The translations under genes were made by a program, and so were the position numbers. A stretch of DNA of 63,785 nucleotides, counting the filler, from Nemertoderma westbladi (lineage: Eukaryota > Animalia > Xenacoelomorpha), in the NCBI GenBank assembly GCA_032718475.1. It is 3 parts of 3 records of this genome, joined end to end, with 100 filler letters (N's around TTAATTAATTAA, not from the genome) between each part and the next. Parts side by side here need not be neighbours in the genome. Positions count along the whole stretch, not along the records: positions 29,367 to 47,850 come from JAUCBJ010000034.1; positions 47,951 to 63,785 come from JAUCBJ010007604.1; 1 more part is not named here. The stretch is one strand, 5' to 3'. This document shows, in pieces, positions 46,880-60,903 of this stretch (positions are counted from its first letter, which is position 1; each line of letters starts with the position of its first letter). The notes under the pieces were generated by a model. That model had not been told where the DNA came from. It saw only the letters and a list, made by a program, of their open reading frames with translations, and did no database searches.

Positions 46880-47850
46880 CTGAAATGAATAAAGAAAGTG
46901 TTTTATACGAAACGTTGCCACAACATGCGGCAATTGACAACCATAGATAGGTCTGAGTTTTCTATTCAATCTATAGAAGAAGAAAGCACAGTTCAGCACT
47001 CTATTTATCCCTACAAACTACCAAGGTGATGCAATCAAGAAATGAAAACGAAAAAAAAAAAACGAAAAAAACTACACAAGATTACCGGAATTAGTCCCAT
47101 CATGTAGACCTACTTCAGGGGCCGAGATCAAATAACAACACCACATTACCACCTCTCCAAACACTCTCACACCTCTAAACGTATATACAGTAATTAAGGG
47201 GGGGGGGGGGGGGGGGAAATATGACGTAATTATTTTTTATGATCTATTATAATGCACGATGAAATTGTGTTTCTACATCTGAAAACCGCTATTTAATAGC
47301 TCTTTTAGTTTTCAAGTTATAACAATTTCCATTTAGGGAGACTTATTGAAATTACTATTACAGTACTATGTATAATGAAAGGTCGATTATCTCCAAATAT
47401 TTTTTTTATGAAATTGTCAACTTCAAAACCCTACTACTTCTAAAAATTTTGAGCAATTAGTGTGAAAATTTCTGTGGGTGTCTACATAGCCACCCTGCAT
47501 AAAAGTCTCAGACAACTTCATGAAATATTTTGTTAATAAAATTTAATACTATTTATAAAAACCTAAAAAAATAGCATAAATTCACCGCGCCACCTAGTGG
47601 TGCAGAATTAATTTCACAAAATTTCGCCTGATAGTTATTGTTGCCCCATCGTTGATCTATCATATAAAAAAAACTTTCATGTGATGATTCAAAACTGTAA
47701 TAGCCTTAGGGTTTTGGGCGCAACCAAGTTTTTTTATTTTTAACTATTGTTAACTAATATTAAATAGCGAAAAATACAATTTTTCTGACCTATCATGTAG
47801 AGTAGCATCTTAGATACTTAAATTCCAAATTATAGCCAAAACAAAACAAT

Positions 47851-47950
47851 NNNNNNNNNNNNNNNNNNNNNNNNNNNNNNNNNNNNNNNNNNNNTTAATT
47901 AATTAANNNNNNNNNNNNNNNNNNNNNNNNNNNNNNNNNNNNNNNNNNNN
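47851..47950. other. Artificial contig linker N44-TTAATTAATTAA-N44
   Basis: Same structure as 29267-29366. Confidence 0.97.
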
Positions 47951-49270
47951 CTAATGTTTTTGGTTTGTTTTGTATTAAATCTTATCATCTTACAAAAGGC
48001 AGATTATCAATAAAGACATATAAATTTCGGCAGGTTAAACTGCTGAAGGTCTATAAAAGCGCGTACATAGCATACCTGAACGTTTATCGGGAGACGCGGG
48101 TTCGATCCCCGCTGGTGACGAATTCATTTTTTCCGCTCCATTTGCTATAGAGTTGGATCATCCTTAGTCCTGTTTAAATTACTTAATAATTTAATTGTCT
48201 TTATTCTAGAATATTCATTATTATTTAATATACTATTACAATTAGGGATGTCCCGGAATTCCGGCGGTATTTGCCCGATTGCGGTTCCGACCGGAAATTG
48301 CAGCAATGGGGTCAATTCCGGCCGGAATTTTACCGGAATTACCAATTTGCTAACTACTGTAGTTTAATAGTTGCAATTAATTTGTGAAATTATTATCACA
48401 CATTATGTAAAAACAATAACAATATTATATATACAGTACAGTATGTATAGTATAACAGGTATTGTCCAACATAACATATACAGTAGGATTACTCCTAAAG
48501 CTGCAGCTTATATACTAGGGGTCCTTTATGTCACTATGTTACTGTATTAGGTCCAGCGCCGTTTGCGTTAGGTGCTGCGTAATATCGTAGTTTTATTTCT
48601 ACAGAAAAGCTATTTATTACCATAAATTTATTATTCCCAGTAAAAATTAAACTGTAACATGTACCGTAATATTGCCTCTAGTTTATTGATTTGGTTAGAA
48701 TAACATGTCACTGTAACCTGCTCCTTTCCAATAACGACACCAGGATATTGCACCAAAGCAATTAATATTACATTTTTGGTCAACGTAGGTATTCAAGGTA
48801 TGTGGCCAAAAACCTAACTTTTGGCTAAGGTTATAGGTTTTTGGAAAAATTATGAAATTTAATTCCCTAAACCCTATTTGGCCCGGGGAGGTCTTTTATA
48901 ATTTTTTTTGTAATTCAACTGTATCTTTGAGCCAGGTATGGTAGGAAAACCGATATTTCGTAGCTTTTCTTAAAATTTAATGGGCTATCCACCAGCGCAA
49001 ACGCCAAAACATAGCTTTGTTAGTTTTCGTGCTGTGGTCCCATTCTGGCACTCATCTCCCATATTTTTCGTCTCAAAATATTTTCAAAAGTTTTTATTGC
49101 TCGCTGAAATTAATTTATTTGCGGTATATAGCGTTTATTTTAGATGCTGATCACGAATATAGAACTCAGATATAACATTCGAAAAAATTTCCAGTAATTT
49201 TGAAAGTACCCCCGGGGCACGAAAAAAACAAGTAGTTTAAATATGATAATAAAAATCACCACCAAATCAA

Positions 49271-51090
49271 ATTGATTTTATAATAGGTATTGTCCAACAT
49301 ATTGATTTTATAATATATAGGTATTGTCCAACATATTGATTTTATAATAGGTATTGTCCAACATAATATATAGGATTACTTTAAGTATTAGTATTTGTAT
49401 TAAATTGATTTTATAATAGGTATTGTCCAACATATTGATTTTATAATAGGTATTGTCCAACATATTGATTTTATAATAGGTATTGTCCAACATAACATAT
49501 AGGATTACTTTAAGTATTAGTATTACTGTAGTATTTGTATTAAATTGATTTTATAATAGGTATTGTCCAACATATTGATTTTATAATAGGTATTGTCCAA
49601 CATATTGATTTTATAATAGGTATTGTCCAACATAATATATAGGATTACTTTAAGTATTAGTATTACTGTAGTATTTGTATTAAATTGATTTTATAATAGG
49701 TATTGTCCAACATATTGATTTTATAATAGGTATTGTCCAACATATTGATTTTATAATAGGTATTGTCCAACATATTGATTTTATAATAGGTATTGTCCAA
49801 CATATTGATTTTATAATAGGTATTGTCCAACATATTGATTTTATAATAGGTATTGTCCAACATATTGATTTTATAATAGGTATTGTCCAACATATTGATT
49901 TTATAATAGGTATTGTCCAACATATTGATTTTATAATAGGTATTGTCCAACATATTGATTTTATAATAGGTATTGTCCAACATATTGATTTTATAATAGG
50001 TATTGTCCAACATACAGTAATATATAGGATTACTTTAAGTAGTATTACTGTGGTATTTGTATTAAATTGATTTTATAATAGGTATTGTCCAACATATTGA
50101 TTTTATAATAGGTATTGTCCAACATATTGATTTTATAATAGGTATTGTCCAACATATTGATTTTATAATAGGTATTGTCCAACATAATATATAGGATTAC
50201 TTTAAGTATTAGTATTACTGTAGTATTTGTACTGTATTAAATTGATTTTATAATAGGTATTGTCCAACATATTGATTTTATAATAGGTATTGTCCAACAT
50301 ATTGATTTTATAATAGGTATTGTCCAACATACAGTAATATATAGGATTACTTTAAGTATTAGTATTACTGTGGTATTTGTATTAAATTGATTTTATAATA
50401 GGTATTGTCCAACATATTGATTTTATAATAGGTATTGTCCAACATATTGACTTTATAATAGGTATTGTCCAACATATTGATTTTATAATAGGTATTGTCC
50501 AACATAATATATAGGATTACTTTAAGTATTAGTATTACTGTAGTATTTGTATTAAATTGATTTTATAATAGGTATTGTCCAACATATTGATTTTATAATA
50601 GGTATTGTCCAACATGTTGATTTTATAATAGGTATTGTCCAACATATTGATTTTATAATAGGTATTGTCCAACAAAATATATAGGATTACTTTAAGTATT
50701 AGTATTACTGTAGTATTTGTATTAAATTGATTTTATAATAGGTATTGTCCAACATATTGATTTTATAATAGGTATTGTCCAACATATTGATTTTATAATA
50801 GGTATTATCCAACATATTGATTTTATAATAGGTATTGTCCAACATATTGATTTTATAATAGGTATTGTCCAACATATTGAATTTATAATAGGTATTGTCC
50901 AACATATTGATTTTATAATAGGTATTGTCCAACATACAGTAATATATAGGATTACTTTAAGTATTAGTATTACTGTAGTATTTGTATTAAATTGATTTTA
51001 TAATAGGTATTGTCCAACATATTGATTTTATAATAGGTATTGTCCAACATATTGATTTTATAATAGGTATTGTCCAACATACAGTAATAT
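49271..51090. repeat. AT-rich satellite, 30-bp unit, with a recurring linker of about 50 bp (higher-order repeat)
   Basis: Runs of ATTGATTTTATAATAGGTATTGTCCAACAT (often 3 copies, up to about 11) separated by AATATATAGGATTACTTTAAGTATTAGTATTACTGTAGTATTTGTATTAA. Confidence 0.97.
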
Positions 51091-51094
51091 ATAC

Positions 51095-52070
51095 TTGTCG
51101 ACAAAATTGCGCCGCCACAACTCCCTATCACCCATGACATTTGCTAGATCATCCTCATCTTCAAGACCAGTGTCCTTTAAGATGCGTCTCAAGAAAGTCA
51201 TGGGCTGTCCACCATGCTTATTCACTCCATGAGGCTGCCAAAGTACAAGATTATGCACTGGCTGGTCCTCACGGCGAAAGCAATGCTCCTGCAAAGCGGA
51301 GGCGATTTTGTTCTAGTGTCAAGCTTGGGGGAACCAATGAGACACCTCCAATGTTATATAGTGTCTGGTTGGAGATGTGTGCATTGTACTTGACACAATG
51401 AACCCGGCGTAGCATTCTTGTGAATGTGCCATCCAGAGATTTGGTATCCTCAGCAGTTAGAGCCCAGCATGGACTCCCATAGAGGAGTACTGGAACTACT
51501 GCTGCACTAAATAATCGGACCTTAAGAATTAATTCTCGGTGACTTCCAAATCCTGGAAAGCCTATTCAAGGCTGCCCATGCCTTTCCCTTACGTATTCGA
51601 AGGTCCTCATCTGACTTCCGGATCCATGATCCCAGGTAACAGAAGTCGTCCACATGCTCAAGCATACCATCCTTTGAGCTCATGCTCATCCGATCAGAGA
51701 CTTGCTGAGAACTTTCAAAGTTAACTGTCAAAATTTTGGTCTTTCTGGAGTTAATAAAAAGACCAACACTAGAAGCAGCATGTTCTAATGAGCTGAGGAG
51801 CCGTTGGGCTCCCTCTAGTGATTCTGAGAGTACTCCTAAGTCATCAGCAAAGTCTAGATCAGTTAGGTACTTGGCAGGATTTCCTCGACTCCTGGAGCCA
51901 GTAGGTGGAGTTATCATCACCCCATCATCATTATGATGATCTAAGGACATGCGTAGAACATAGTCAACCACAATAATGAACAAGAATGGTGCAAGTGTGT
52001 CTCCTTGGAGGATGCCCCATAACACTTCAAATGGTTCTGTGTCACCGTCAACAGTAGACACAGATGCTGA
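51095..52070 (-). mobile_element. 5'-truncated RTE-like non-LTR retrotransposon (RT C-terminal half)
   Basis: GILQGDTLAPFLFIIVVDY, DLDFADDL, VGLFINSRKTK, FCYLGS, HCFRREDQPVHNLVLWQP, MGDRELWR; frameshifted. Confidence 0.88.
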
Positions 52071-52869
52071 TCATGAATGGGACACTCATATCCGATTCAT
52101 TGTGGCATTACTCTATAGCTTCAGAATTATCCATCAAACACAACGTTTGTCAGTTTTACATTTTTTTTACTTGCACTTTTCAACCTGGGGTACCAGAATA
52201 GCAACAAAATGATGGCTGCAATGCCAGAATATATTTTTAACATGTGTTATCGTGATCAGCGACCTCGAAAACCCTTATAACTTCGAAATTGTAATTTTTA
52301 GCCAAGATCTATAAAATTTCCAAAATGACAACCCCCCAGGGTACATAATAAAAATAGTCCTGGCCAGAGAGGGTTAAGATACACCCCCCCCCCCCCCCAC
52401 CCCCGCCCCATAATCAATTTATCTTGCTTCCGGGCCAGTCCACTCTCCCACTCCCACCAAAACTCTCCCCAAGGTGCTGATTGATCTCATTAGTAAACTT
52501 GGCTTTAGAAATTAAAAAAAACATATTTCACAAAAAAATATAAAGTTTATGGGTCATTTAGAGTATTTCACTAATTACACAAAAATTCAGGTTCCGGCAT
52601 GTTGAATTCCGGTTCTGGTTCCGACCGGAATTAAAATATCGATTCCGGGATAGGCAATAAAATGGTTACCATATGCAATAAAATTCACAGTGATAAAATT
52701 CACAGTAAATAAAATGGTTACCATATGCAATAAAATTCACAGTAATGTTTAAATTAATTAAATTAATCTATGATAATAAGTGTAAGTAATAGTTCCATTA
52801 TAATTATGCTTGGGGGCTTAATATTTAGCTGAGTGTTTAAAACTGTTCACCGTGTTTCTTCATTAACCG

Positions 52870-53277
52870 TAATTAATATTCTAGAATTAAGTAAAAAAAA
52901 ACATTAATAATTATATCGATTTATGTGTCAAAATGTATACCTTTGAATTTTGATAATACAGATCTCCAAAAGTTAGTGGGGAAAATTAAAACGGTGTTCA
53001 GATTCGGAATCTGCAGATGAAGGCGGTTCTAATGATAGATTACATTCAAACGAGGAAAATTAAAGCCAACAGAGATGGTTAAATATTGCCAAATGTACGA
53101 TTTTTATACAGTAGCTCAGAAATTGAAAAATCAGACTCCGAATAGTGTGAAAAGTTGTCGAACTTAATCATACCAAATTTCGTAGCATTTGATTGAAATT
53201 TGAAAGAAATTAGGGGGAGTGGGGGGGGGTTCCTACTTGCTAAAAAAAATGGATGTTGTATTAAGGGAGATGGTGTA
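52870..53277 (-). mobile_element. Second copy of the TA-flanked DNA transposon family at 8460-8990
   Basis: Ends GTTGTATTAAGGGAGATGGTGTA; shares the internal blocks. Confidence 0.6.
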
Positions 53278-54119
53278 ATGTAAATGATTATTCATTATTT
53301 AGTTCAAGGCTTATATATGATAACCTTATGAGATTGGAAGGCGAAGCGTTTTTAGATGCAGTCGTATTATGTTAGGGAAGTTTTTATATTTCATTACAAA
53401 ACCACATTATATCCACAGACATAAATTGGGGGCGAATTCTTACATTCTTATTTATTTATTGCAGGAAGTAGTCTGGGTAGTTTTCGAGATTTTAGTAGTA
53501 GAGACTACTACTATCCACTACTAGAGACCACCGTAATTATTTTCTTAGGTTACAGTCTGCTGGTCAATGTATCTCACTAGCAATAATGTCACTGGTCCAG
53601 TCTCCGCCTAGACTTTTACACTCCCAGACGTATTTATCTGTCCTTGTTAAAATAACTCTATGTCTGGGCTGGGTATGAGTGACGCGTCAACTAATATAGA
53701 GCCAGACATACGCCCATAACCAATATGGATTGATTTGTATTTAACTCAACTCAAATGTAAAGGGAATTGCCCTAAAATAAAAACTTTCGATCTCAAAAAT
53801 AATGAGTTACAAAACTCCCCAAAGAACCGAAAAGAGCCTAATTTGTTGTGACTTTAAGTTACTGTAAGATGACACGACAAAATGTTATAAAGTTGGACCA
53901 ACTAACACCACAGAATCGAAAACAAACAGGATCCAATGCGGTTGAACTTATATTCTGAAGGGATAATGATTGACACCCTGACTTATAATTTGGCGTTGGT
54001 TATTTTGTGTTCTTTAGATGCGCTTCTATAATGTAAATATCTTAAAATGGAAAACTTTTCTTCGGCCATTAGACCGGGGATTACGCACAAAGTGTGGCGA
54101 CTTATTTGTAGAAAGGGGT

Positions 54120-54218
54120 AACAGTGGTGGGGGGGGGGGGGTGTGCCTGCCCCCCGTCTGGGGTTCGAACCCACGACCCAAGGAAACTGATGCCACTCAC
54201 TACGCCAAAGTAAGGACC
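54120..54218 (-). mobile_element. tRNA-derived SINE head (Pol III A and B boxes)
   Basis: Minus-strand TGGCGTAGTGAG (A box-like) followed by GGTTCGAACCC (B box); no complete cloverleaf. Confidence 0.45.
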
Positions 54219-54289
54219 TAAATTAATTAGTCGATATAACGACAATGAATATCATCTGATTGGTTCCAGCACAGTTACTGTATTAGGGT

Positions 54290-55699
54290 AGGCAACAGCG
54301 CTATTAATGGATGTGGGCAACCCAACCCAGCCAACAGCGCTAGTAATGGATGTGGGCAACCCGACCCAACCAACAGCGCTATTAATGGATGTGGGCAACC
54401 CAACCCAGCCAACAGCGCTAGTAATGGATGTGGGCAACCCAACCTAACCAACAGCGCTATTAATGGATGTGGGCAACCCAACCCAGCCAACAGCGCTAGT
54501 AATGGATGTGGGCAACCCGACCTAACCAACAGCGCTATTAATGGATGTGGGCAACCCAACCCAGCCAACAGCGCTAGTAATGGATGTGGGCAACCCGACC
54601 TAACCAACAGCGCTATTAATGGATGTGGGCAACCCAACCCAGCCAACAGCGCTAGTAATGGATGTGGGCAACCCAACCCAGCCAACAGCGCTATTAATGG
54701 ATGTGGGCAACCCAACCCAGCTAACAGCGGTATTAATGGATGTGGGCAACCCAACCCAACCAACAGCGCTATTAATGGATGTGGGCAACCCAACCCAGCC
54801 AACAGCGCTATTAATGGATGTGGGCAACCCAACCCAGCCAACAGCGCTATTAATGGATGTGGGCAACCCAACCCAGCCAACAGCGCTATTAATGGATGTG
54901 GGCAACCCAACCCAACCAACAGCGCTATTAATGGATGTGGGCAACCCAACCCAGCCAACAGCGCTATTAATGGATGTGGGCAACCCAACCCAGCCAACAG
55001 CGCTATTAATGGATGTGGGCAACCCAACCCAGCCAACAGCGCTATTAATGGATGTGGGCAACCCAACCCAGCCAACAGCGCTATTAATGGATGTGGGCAA
55101 CCCAACCCAGCCAACAGCGCTATTAATGATGTGGGCAACCCAACCCAGCCAACAGCGCTAGTAATGGATGTGGGCAACCCAACCCAGCCAACAGCGCTAT
55201 TAATGGATGTGGGCAACCCAACCCAGCCAACAGCGCTAGCAATGGATGTGGGCAACCCAACCCAACCAACAGCGCTATTAATGGATGTGGGCAACCCAAC
55301 CCAGCCAACAGCGCTATTAATGGACGTGGGCAACCCAACCCAGCCAACAGCGCTATTAATGGATGTGGGCAACCCAACCCAACCAACAGCGCTATTAATG
55401 GATGTGGGCAACCCAACCCAGCCAACAGCGCTATTAATGGATGTGGGCAACCAAACCCAACCAACAGCGCTATTAATGGATGTGGGCAACCCAACCCAAC
55501 CAAGCCAACAGCGCTATTAATGGATGTGGGCAACCCAACCCAACCAACAGCGCTATTAATGGATGTGGGCAACCCAACCCAGCCAACAGCGCTAGTAATG
55601 GATGTGGGCCACCCAACCCAACCAACAGCGCTATTAATGGATGTGGGCAACCCAACCCAGCCAACAGCGCTAGTAATGGATGTGGGCCACCCAACCCAG
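54290..55699. repeat. Tandem repeat, 39-bp unit, about 36 copies
   Basis: Unit CCAACAGCGCTATTAATGGATGTGGGCAACCCAACCCAG. Confidence 0.97.
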
Positions 55700-56959
55700 G
55701 GACCCAGATATGTAGTTGTGAGGTGTTGGACTATCGGCTATTCGAACAAGATGTCATTGAAATGTCATTTTTACCGAAACATATAACAGGAAACTGTCAA
55801 TGACGATTATGCGCAGCTCTGCGGTGGAAGATGATAAATATATATTTAGTATAATATTTGCAGTTGCGATAATTAAAGTTTGTATGTAATGATTAAATAA
55901 ATATTTAATATAATTAAATTTAGGGTGAATATTTAAATAAATAATTAATATAAACTTGTATAAATTGTTTGTGGTTAATTGATATAATATAAGTATAGTC
56001 AGTCAGTATAATGTCATTTATAAATTTATTTTTTAACGGTTTCAAATGTTAAGATAAATTGAGTGCATCATGATTTATCTGCACTGCAAAGATTGCAAAG
56101 ACTGCAAAGATTTATCGCACTCATCTTATTACGTACCGTATAATTTATTTTAAATTCAAAAAATAAAATTTCATACAAATAAATTAGTAACTGTAGAGTA
56201 GTTTAATTTGAGTTGTAAACATAATAACTTGTTATCCATGGGCCTGTAAGTTGGTGATTACGGATCACATACGGAAATACAAATAAGACAGGAATACTAA
56301 TGAAGAATAAAGAATACGCTTGGGCTTTGAGACCCTTAAAATTCCTAACTTCGCCTGCGGTTACAAACAAACTGCCAAGCCCAAGAGACTGCAAGTTAGA
56401 AACATTTAGTATCTGAATCAACAGTTGATTACTGACAAAAATATAACTATGATTTTTGTGATTCGCACAAAAATATAACTGTAACACGTAGTTTTACACT
56501 TTTACACTTTTAGTTTTACAGTTTCACACTTTAGTTTATTGTTTTGGTTAGAATAACGTGCCAATGAACCTGTAATTATCGGTCATTCTGTTTGTTTCAT
56601 TCTTTCTCATTTATCCTACTGTAGCATTCCATTTGTATATAATCTGTATGGGAACGTCTACCGGAAGTACTGTAATTGTGATGGAAGATAAAACGCAAAT
56701 ATTAAGTGGCAAAGCCAAATCAATAATAACTGTTTACCAATCTATCCCAATATGCTGTAATACAATGTTTGCTTACAGTCTGTAAAAATGACGACCGTAG
56801 TTTACTTATTTTTAGAGATGGAATGTGGATAGGTTATGAACTGTCAATCATTTCGAACGATTCCATGTCATTCAACATTTGGAAATGTAATCAACCGAAC
56901 CGTGAAAATTCAGTTTAAATTAGAACCTGAGTGTGAGTGCGAATATACTTCGCGCGTGA

Positions 56960-59525
56960 TTTGTTTCCTGAGTGTGACACAGCACTAACCATTGGTGGGA
57001 CACTACACAATTGTTTGTATCCTGAGTGTGACACAGCACTAACCATTGGTGGGACACTACACAATTGTTTGTTTCCTGAGTGTGACACAGCACTAACCAT
57101 TGGTGGGACACTACACAATTGTTTGTTTCCTGAGTGTGACACAGCGCTAACCATTGGTGGGACACTACACAATTGTTTGTCTTCTGAGTGTGACACAGCA
57201 CTAACCATTGGTGGGACACTACACAATTGTTTGTTTCCTGAGTGTGACACAGCACTAACCATTGGTGGGACACTACACAATTGTTTGTTTCCTGAGTGTG
57301 ACACAGCACTAACCATTAGTGGGACACTACACAATTGTTTGTTTCCTGAGTGTGACACAGCGCAAACCATTGGTGGGACACTACACAATTGTTTGTTTCC
57401 TGAGTGTGACACAGCACTAACCATTGGTGGGACACTACACAATTGTTTGTATCCTGAGTGTGACACAGCACTAACCATTGGTGGGACACTACACAATTGT
57501 TTGTTTCCTGAGTGTGACACAGCACTAACCATTGGTGGGACACTACACAATTGTTTGTTTCCTGAGTGTGACACAGCGCTAACCATTGGTGGGACACTAC
57601 ACAATTGTTTGTCTCCTGAGTGTGACACAGCACTAACCATTGGTGGGACACTACACAATTGTTTGTTTCCTGAGTGTGACACAGCACTAACCATTGGTGG
57701 GACACTACACAATTGTTTGTTTCCTGAGTGTGACACAGCACTAACCATTAGTGGGACACTACACAATTGTTTGTTTCCTGAGTGTGACACAGCGCAAACC
57801 ATTGGTGGGACACTACACAATTGTTTGTTTCCTGAGTGTGACACAGCGCAAACCATTGGTGGGACACTACACAATTATTTGTTTCGTGACACAGCACTAA
57901 CCATTGGTGGGACACTACACAATTGTTTGTTTCCTGAGTGTGACACAGCACTAACCATTAGTGGGACACTACACAATTGTTTGTTTCCTGAGTGTGACAC
58001 AGCGCAAACCATTAGTGGGACACTACACAATTGTTTGTTTCCTGAGTGTGATACAGCGCGAACCATTGGTGGGACACTACACAATTGTTTGTTTCCTGAG
58101 TGTGACACAGCACTAACCATTGGTGGGACACTACACAATTGTTTGTTTCCTGAGTGTGACACAGCGCTAACCATTGGTGGGACACTACACAATTGTTTGT
58201 TTCCTGAGTGTGACACAGCACTAACCATTGGTGGGACACTACACAATTGTTTGTTTCCTGAGTGTGACACAGCGCTAACCATTGGTGGGACACTACACAA
58301 TTGTTTGTTTCCTGAGTGTGACACAGCGCTAACCATTGGTGGGACACTACACAATTGTTTGATTCCTGAGTGTGACACAGCGCAAACCATTGGTGGGACA
58401 CACACAATTGTTTGTTTCCTGAGTGTGACACAGCGCTAACCATTGGTGGGACACTACACAATTGTTTGTTTCCTGAGTGTGACACAGCGCTAACCATTGG
58501 TGGGACACTACACAATTGTTTGGTTCCTGAGTGTGACACAGCACTAACCAAACCATTGGTGGGGACACTACACAATTGTTTGTTTCCTGAGTGTGACACA
58601 GCACTAACCATTGGTGGGACACTACATAATTGTTTGTCTCCTGAGTGTGACACAGCAGTAACCATTGGTAGGACACTACACAATTGTTTGTTTCCTGAGT
58701 GTGACACAGCGCTAACCATTGGTGGGACACTACACAATTGTTTGTTTCCTGAGTGTGACACAGCGCTAACCATTGGTGGGACACTACACAATTGTTTTAT
58801 TCCTGAGTGTGACACAGCGCAAACCATTGGTGGGACACACACAATTGTTTGTTTCCTGAGTGTGACACAGCGCTAACCATTGGTGGGACACTACACAATT
58901 GTTTGTTTCCTGAGTGTGACACAGCGCTAACCATTGGTGGGACACTACACAATTGTTTGGTTCCTGAGTGTGACACAGCACTAACCAAACCATTGGTGGG
59001 GACACTACATAATTGCTTGTCTCCTGAGTGTGACACAGCACTAACCATTGGTAGGACACTACATAATTGTTTGTCTCCTGAGTGTGACACAGCACTAACC
59101 ATTGGTGGGACACTACACAATTGTTTGTTTCCTGAGTGTGACACAGCACTAACCATTGGTGGGACACTACACAATTGTTTGTTTCCTGAGTGTGACACAG
59201 CACTAACCATTGGTGGGACACACACAATTGTTTGTTTCCTGAGTGTGACACAGCGCTAACCATTGGTGGGACACTACACAATTGTTTGTTTCCTGAGTGT
59301 GACACAGCGCTAACCAAACCATTGGTGGGGACACTACACAATTGTTTGTTTCCTGAGTGTGACACAGCACTAACCATTGGTGGGACACTACACAATTGTT
59401 TGTCTCCTGAGTGTGACACAGCGCTAACCATTGGTGGGACACTACACAATTGTTTGTTTCCTGAGTGTGACACAGCGCTAACCAAACCATTGGTGGGGAC
59501 ACTACACAATTGTTTGTTTCCTGAG
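56960..59525. repeat. Tandem repeat, 54-bp unit, about 47 copies
   Basis: Unit TTGTTTGTTTCCTGAGTGTGACACAGCACTAACCATTGGTGGGACACTACACAA; recurrent 2-bp deletion and 6-bp insertion variants. Confidence 0.97.
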
Positions 59526-59741
59526 AATCTGTTTTCTTTACTTATTACTTGATTAGTTTGTTAATTTTATGGCGACTTTAAATAAATTTGATAGTAGTCA
59601 AGATTACGTCACTTAGCAGTATACATTCTGTAGAGCGAAGCTTTAATTTCAATATCTATAAATTATGAGTTGTTATTGTGCCCGCTTTGCCGCTTTATGC
59701 GTTATAAAGTTATTTATAATATGTAAATGTAAATATTTCAT

Positions 59742-60218
59742 GTGACGCAATATTGTTGTTCAACATTTATTCAGGATAGGGCGGCGTATGTTGAATAAAC
59801 ACATTCACTAACTGGTAGGGTTTGTGGAGGCGCTATAAATTACCAATTTGGATAGAGCAGGATCTAGACCAGAGGCTCTATAGGATTCTGTGGCAAGCCA
59901 AACCAGCACACAATACGAGGAACCATGTGTCACAGCTGAGCCTGGAACCGGCATCCCCTATTGATTGGTGCTCTGACAACGGCTGTCCCGTCCGCTCCAG
60001 TCATTTCATTCTGTACTCCTTCCCCCACTCAGAGTATTACATATTATATATATATATTGGTATAGGGAGAGTATGCAAACCATATGTCATACAGCAACCG
60101 ACGAACTCTTACTACATATAGCTAAACGTATTCGCTATTATACAACAAACACACTGTAGATAATTATAATACTTAAAATTGTACTTTGTTTCTGTCATGT
60201 TATAATTGACTCCCCCGC
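59742..60218 (-). mobile_element. Possible degenerate LTR
   Basis: Minus strand: PPT-like GCGGGGGAG at about 60218-60210, CCAAT box, AATAAA about 25 bp before a CGTCACA end at 59742; TG start not clean and no partner LTR. Confidence 0.3.
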
Positions 60219-60761
60219 TAGATCTTTCTGGCAAACCCCAATGCCCTGTACTCCTGAGCCAAGAGTGGCAAATCACTAGCTAGTTAGTTAGCAACCGGGC
60301 TGGGTGTGTCCTGTTTGAGAATATAGCCCCGATATTGGATAAGAGATTGAGTATACTTTCTGAACCAATCCCGTAGCGCTCGGCTTACTTAGGTCTAACT
60401 ACATACATTCTGATTATAAGTGGGGGGTTTGGAGAACATTGGCTTGCGACTTGCAATCAATGGTGTTATACAGTATTAGCTTAGTCTATCAGCGGCTTAC
60501 TAAATGTGAAATGCATGCCAATATGTTACAATCTCATACACTGTGACCATGTAATCGCGTTCCCTTTCTTTGTACATGGATTGCCCGTTGTACCCCGGTA
60601 GTGGCGAACGAACAATATAATTAGGGGCGTATTCCCTGTATAATTATTATTTAGTTGTACCTCCAAGGAAACCAAACACTCACAATGGAAAACTACCTGT
60701 CCCAGGTAAGTTTAAGTTTAGATATTAAACTTTTTACTTTAATACCTAATATTTGCTTGGA

Positions 60762-60903
60762 TGCAATCTTCGCCCGCTAATTATCAATTAGGGGAAAGGA
60801 GCAGGTTACAGTGCTATCTAATTTTAACCAAAACAATAAACGTGATTTAGTAGCATAGGTTACAGTTTCATAATGAGACAGACACTTTAGGGCGAAGATT
60901 GCA
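60762..60903. mobile_element. Short MITE with perfect 14-bp inverted repeats enclosing one diverged copy of the 68-bp satellite motif
   Basis: TGCAATCTTCGCCC (60762-60775) / GGGCGAAGATTGCA (60890-60903); internal GGGAAAGGAGCAGGTTACAG...TAACCAAAACAATAAACG. Confidence 0.75.

Larger units (their letters stand above)
48868..52377. mobile_element. Possible piggyBac-like non-autonomous element nested in the hAT-like element
   Basis: Left TAAACCCTATTTGGCC and right GGCCAGAGAGGGTTAA form imperfect TTAACCCT-type inverted ends; GCTGATCACG/CGTGATCAGC inverted motif at about 49146 and 52251. Confidence 0.4.
48243..52650. mobile_element. Probable hAT-like non-autonomous element acting as a container for nested insertions
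   Basis: Left end TAGGGATGTCCCGGAAT with clustered CCGGAA/TTCCGG subterminal motifs; matching cluster at 52590-52650 ending ATTCCGGGA (outermost right TIR bases missing). Confidence 0.5.

Noticed and set aside
47085-47106. ATGATGGGACTAATTCCG|GTAATC as exon 1 of the Ly6-like gene
   Set aside because: Phase 0 and only 6 codons; the next exon needs a phase-1 donor and a hydrophobic signal peptide
45915-48130. Isolated B-box-like motifs at about 45930 (minus) and 48097 (plus) as tRNA genes
   Set aside because: No acceptor stem or convincing A box; at most SINE remnants
49271-51090. CRISPR-like look: 30-bp repeats with intervening sequence
   Set aside because: Repeats are mostly directly adjacent and the linkers are copies of each other, not unique spacers; no cas genes; eukaryotic context
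54252-55803. MDVGNPTQPTALL and LAGLGCPHPL repeat proteins
   Set aside because: 39-bp satellite with frameshifting indels
56915-59552. Long Cys/His-rich repeat ORFs (up to 500 aa) as a zinc-finger-like protein
   Set aside because: Product of a 54-bp unit open in several frames on both strands; recurrent 2-bp deletions break the frame; no unique coding flanks
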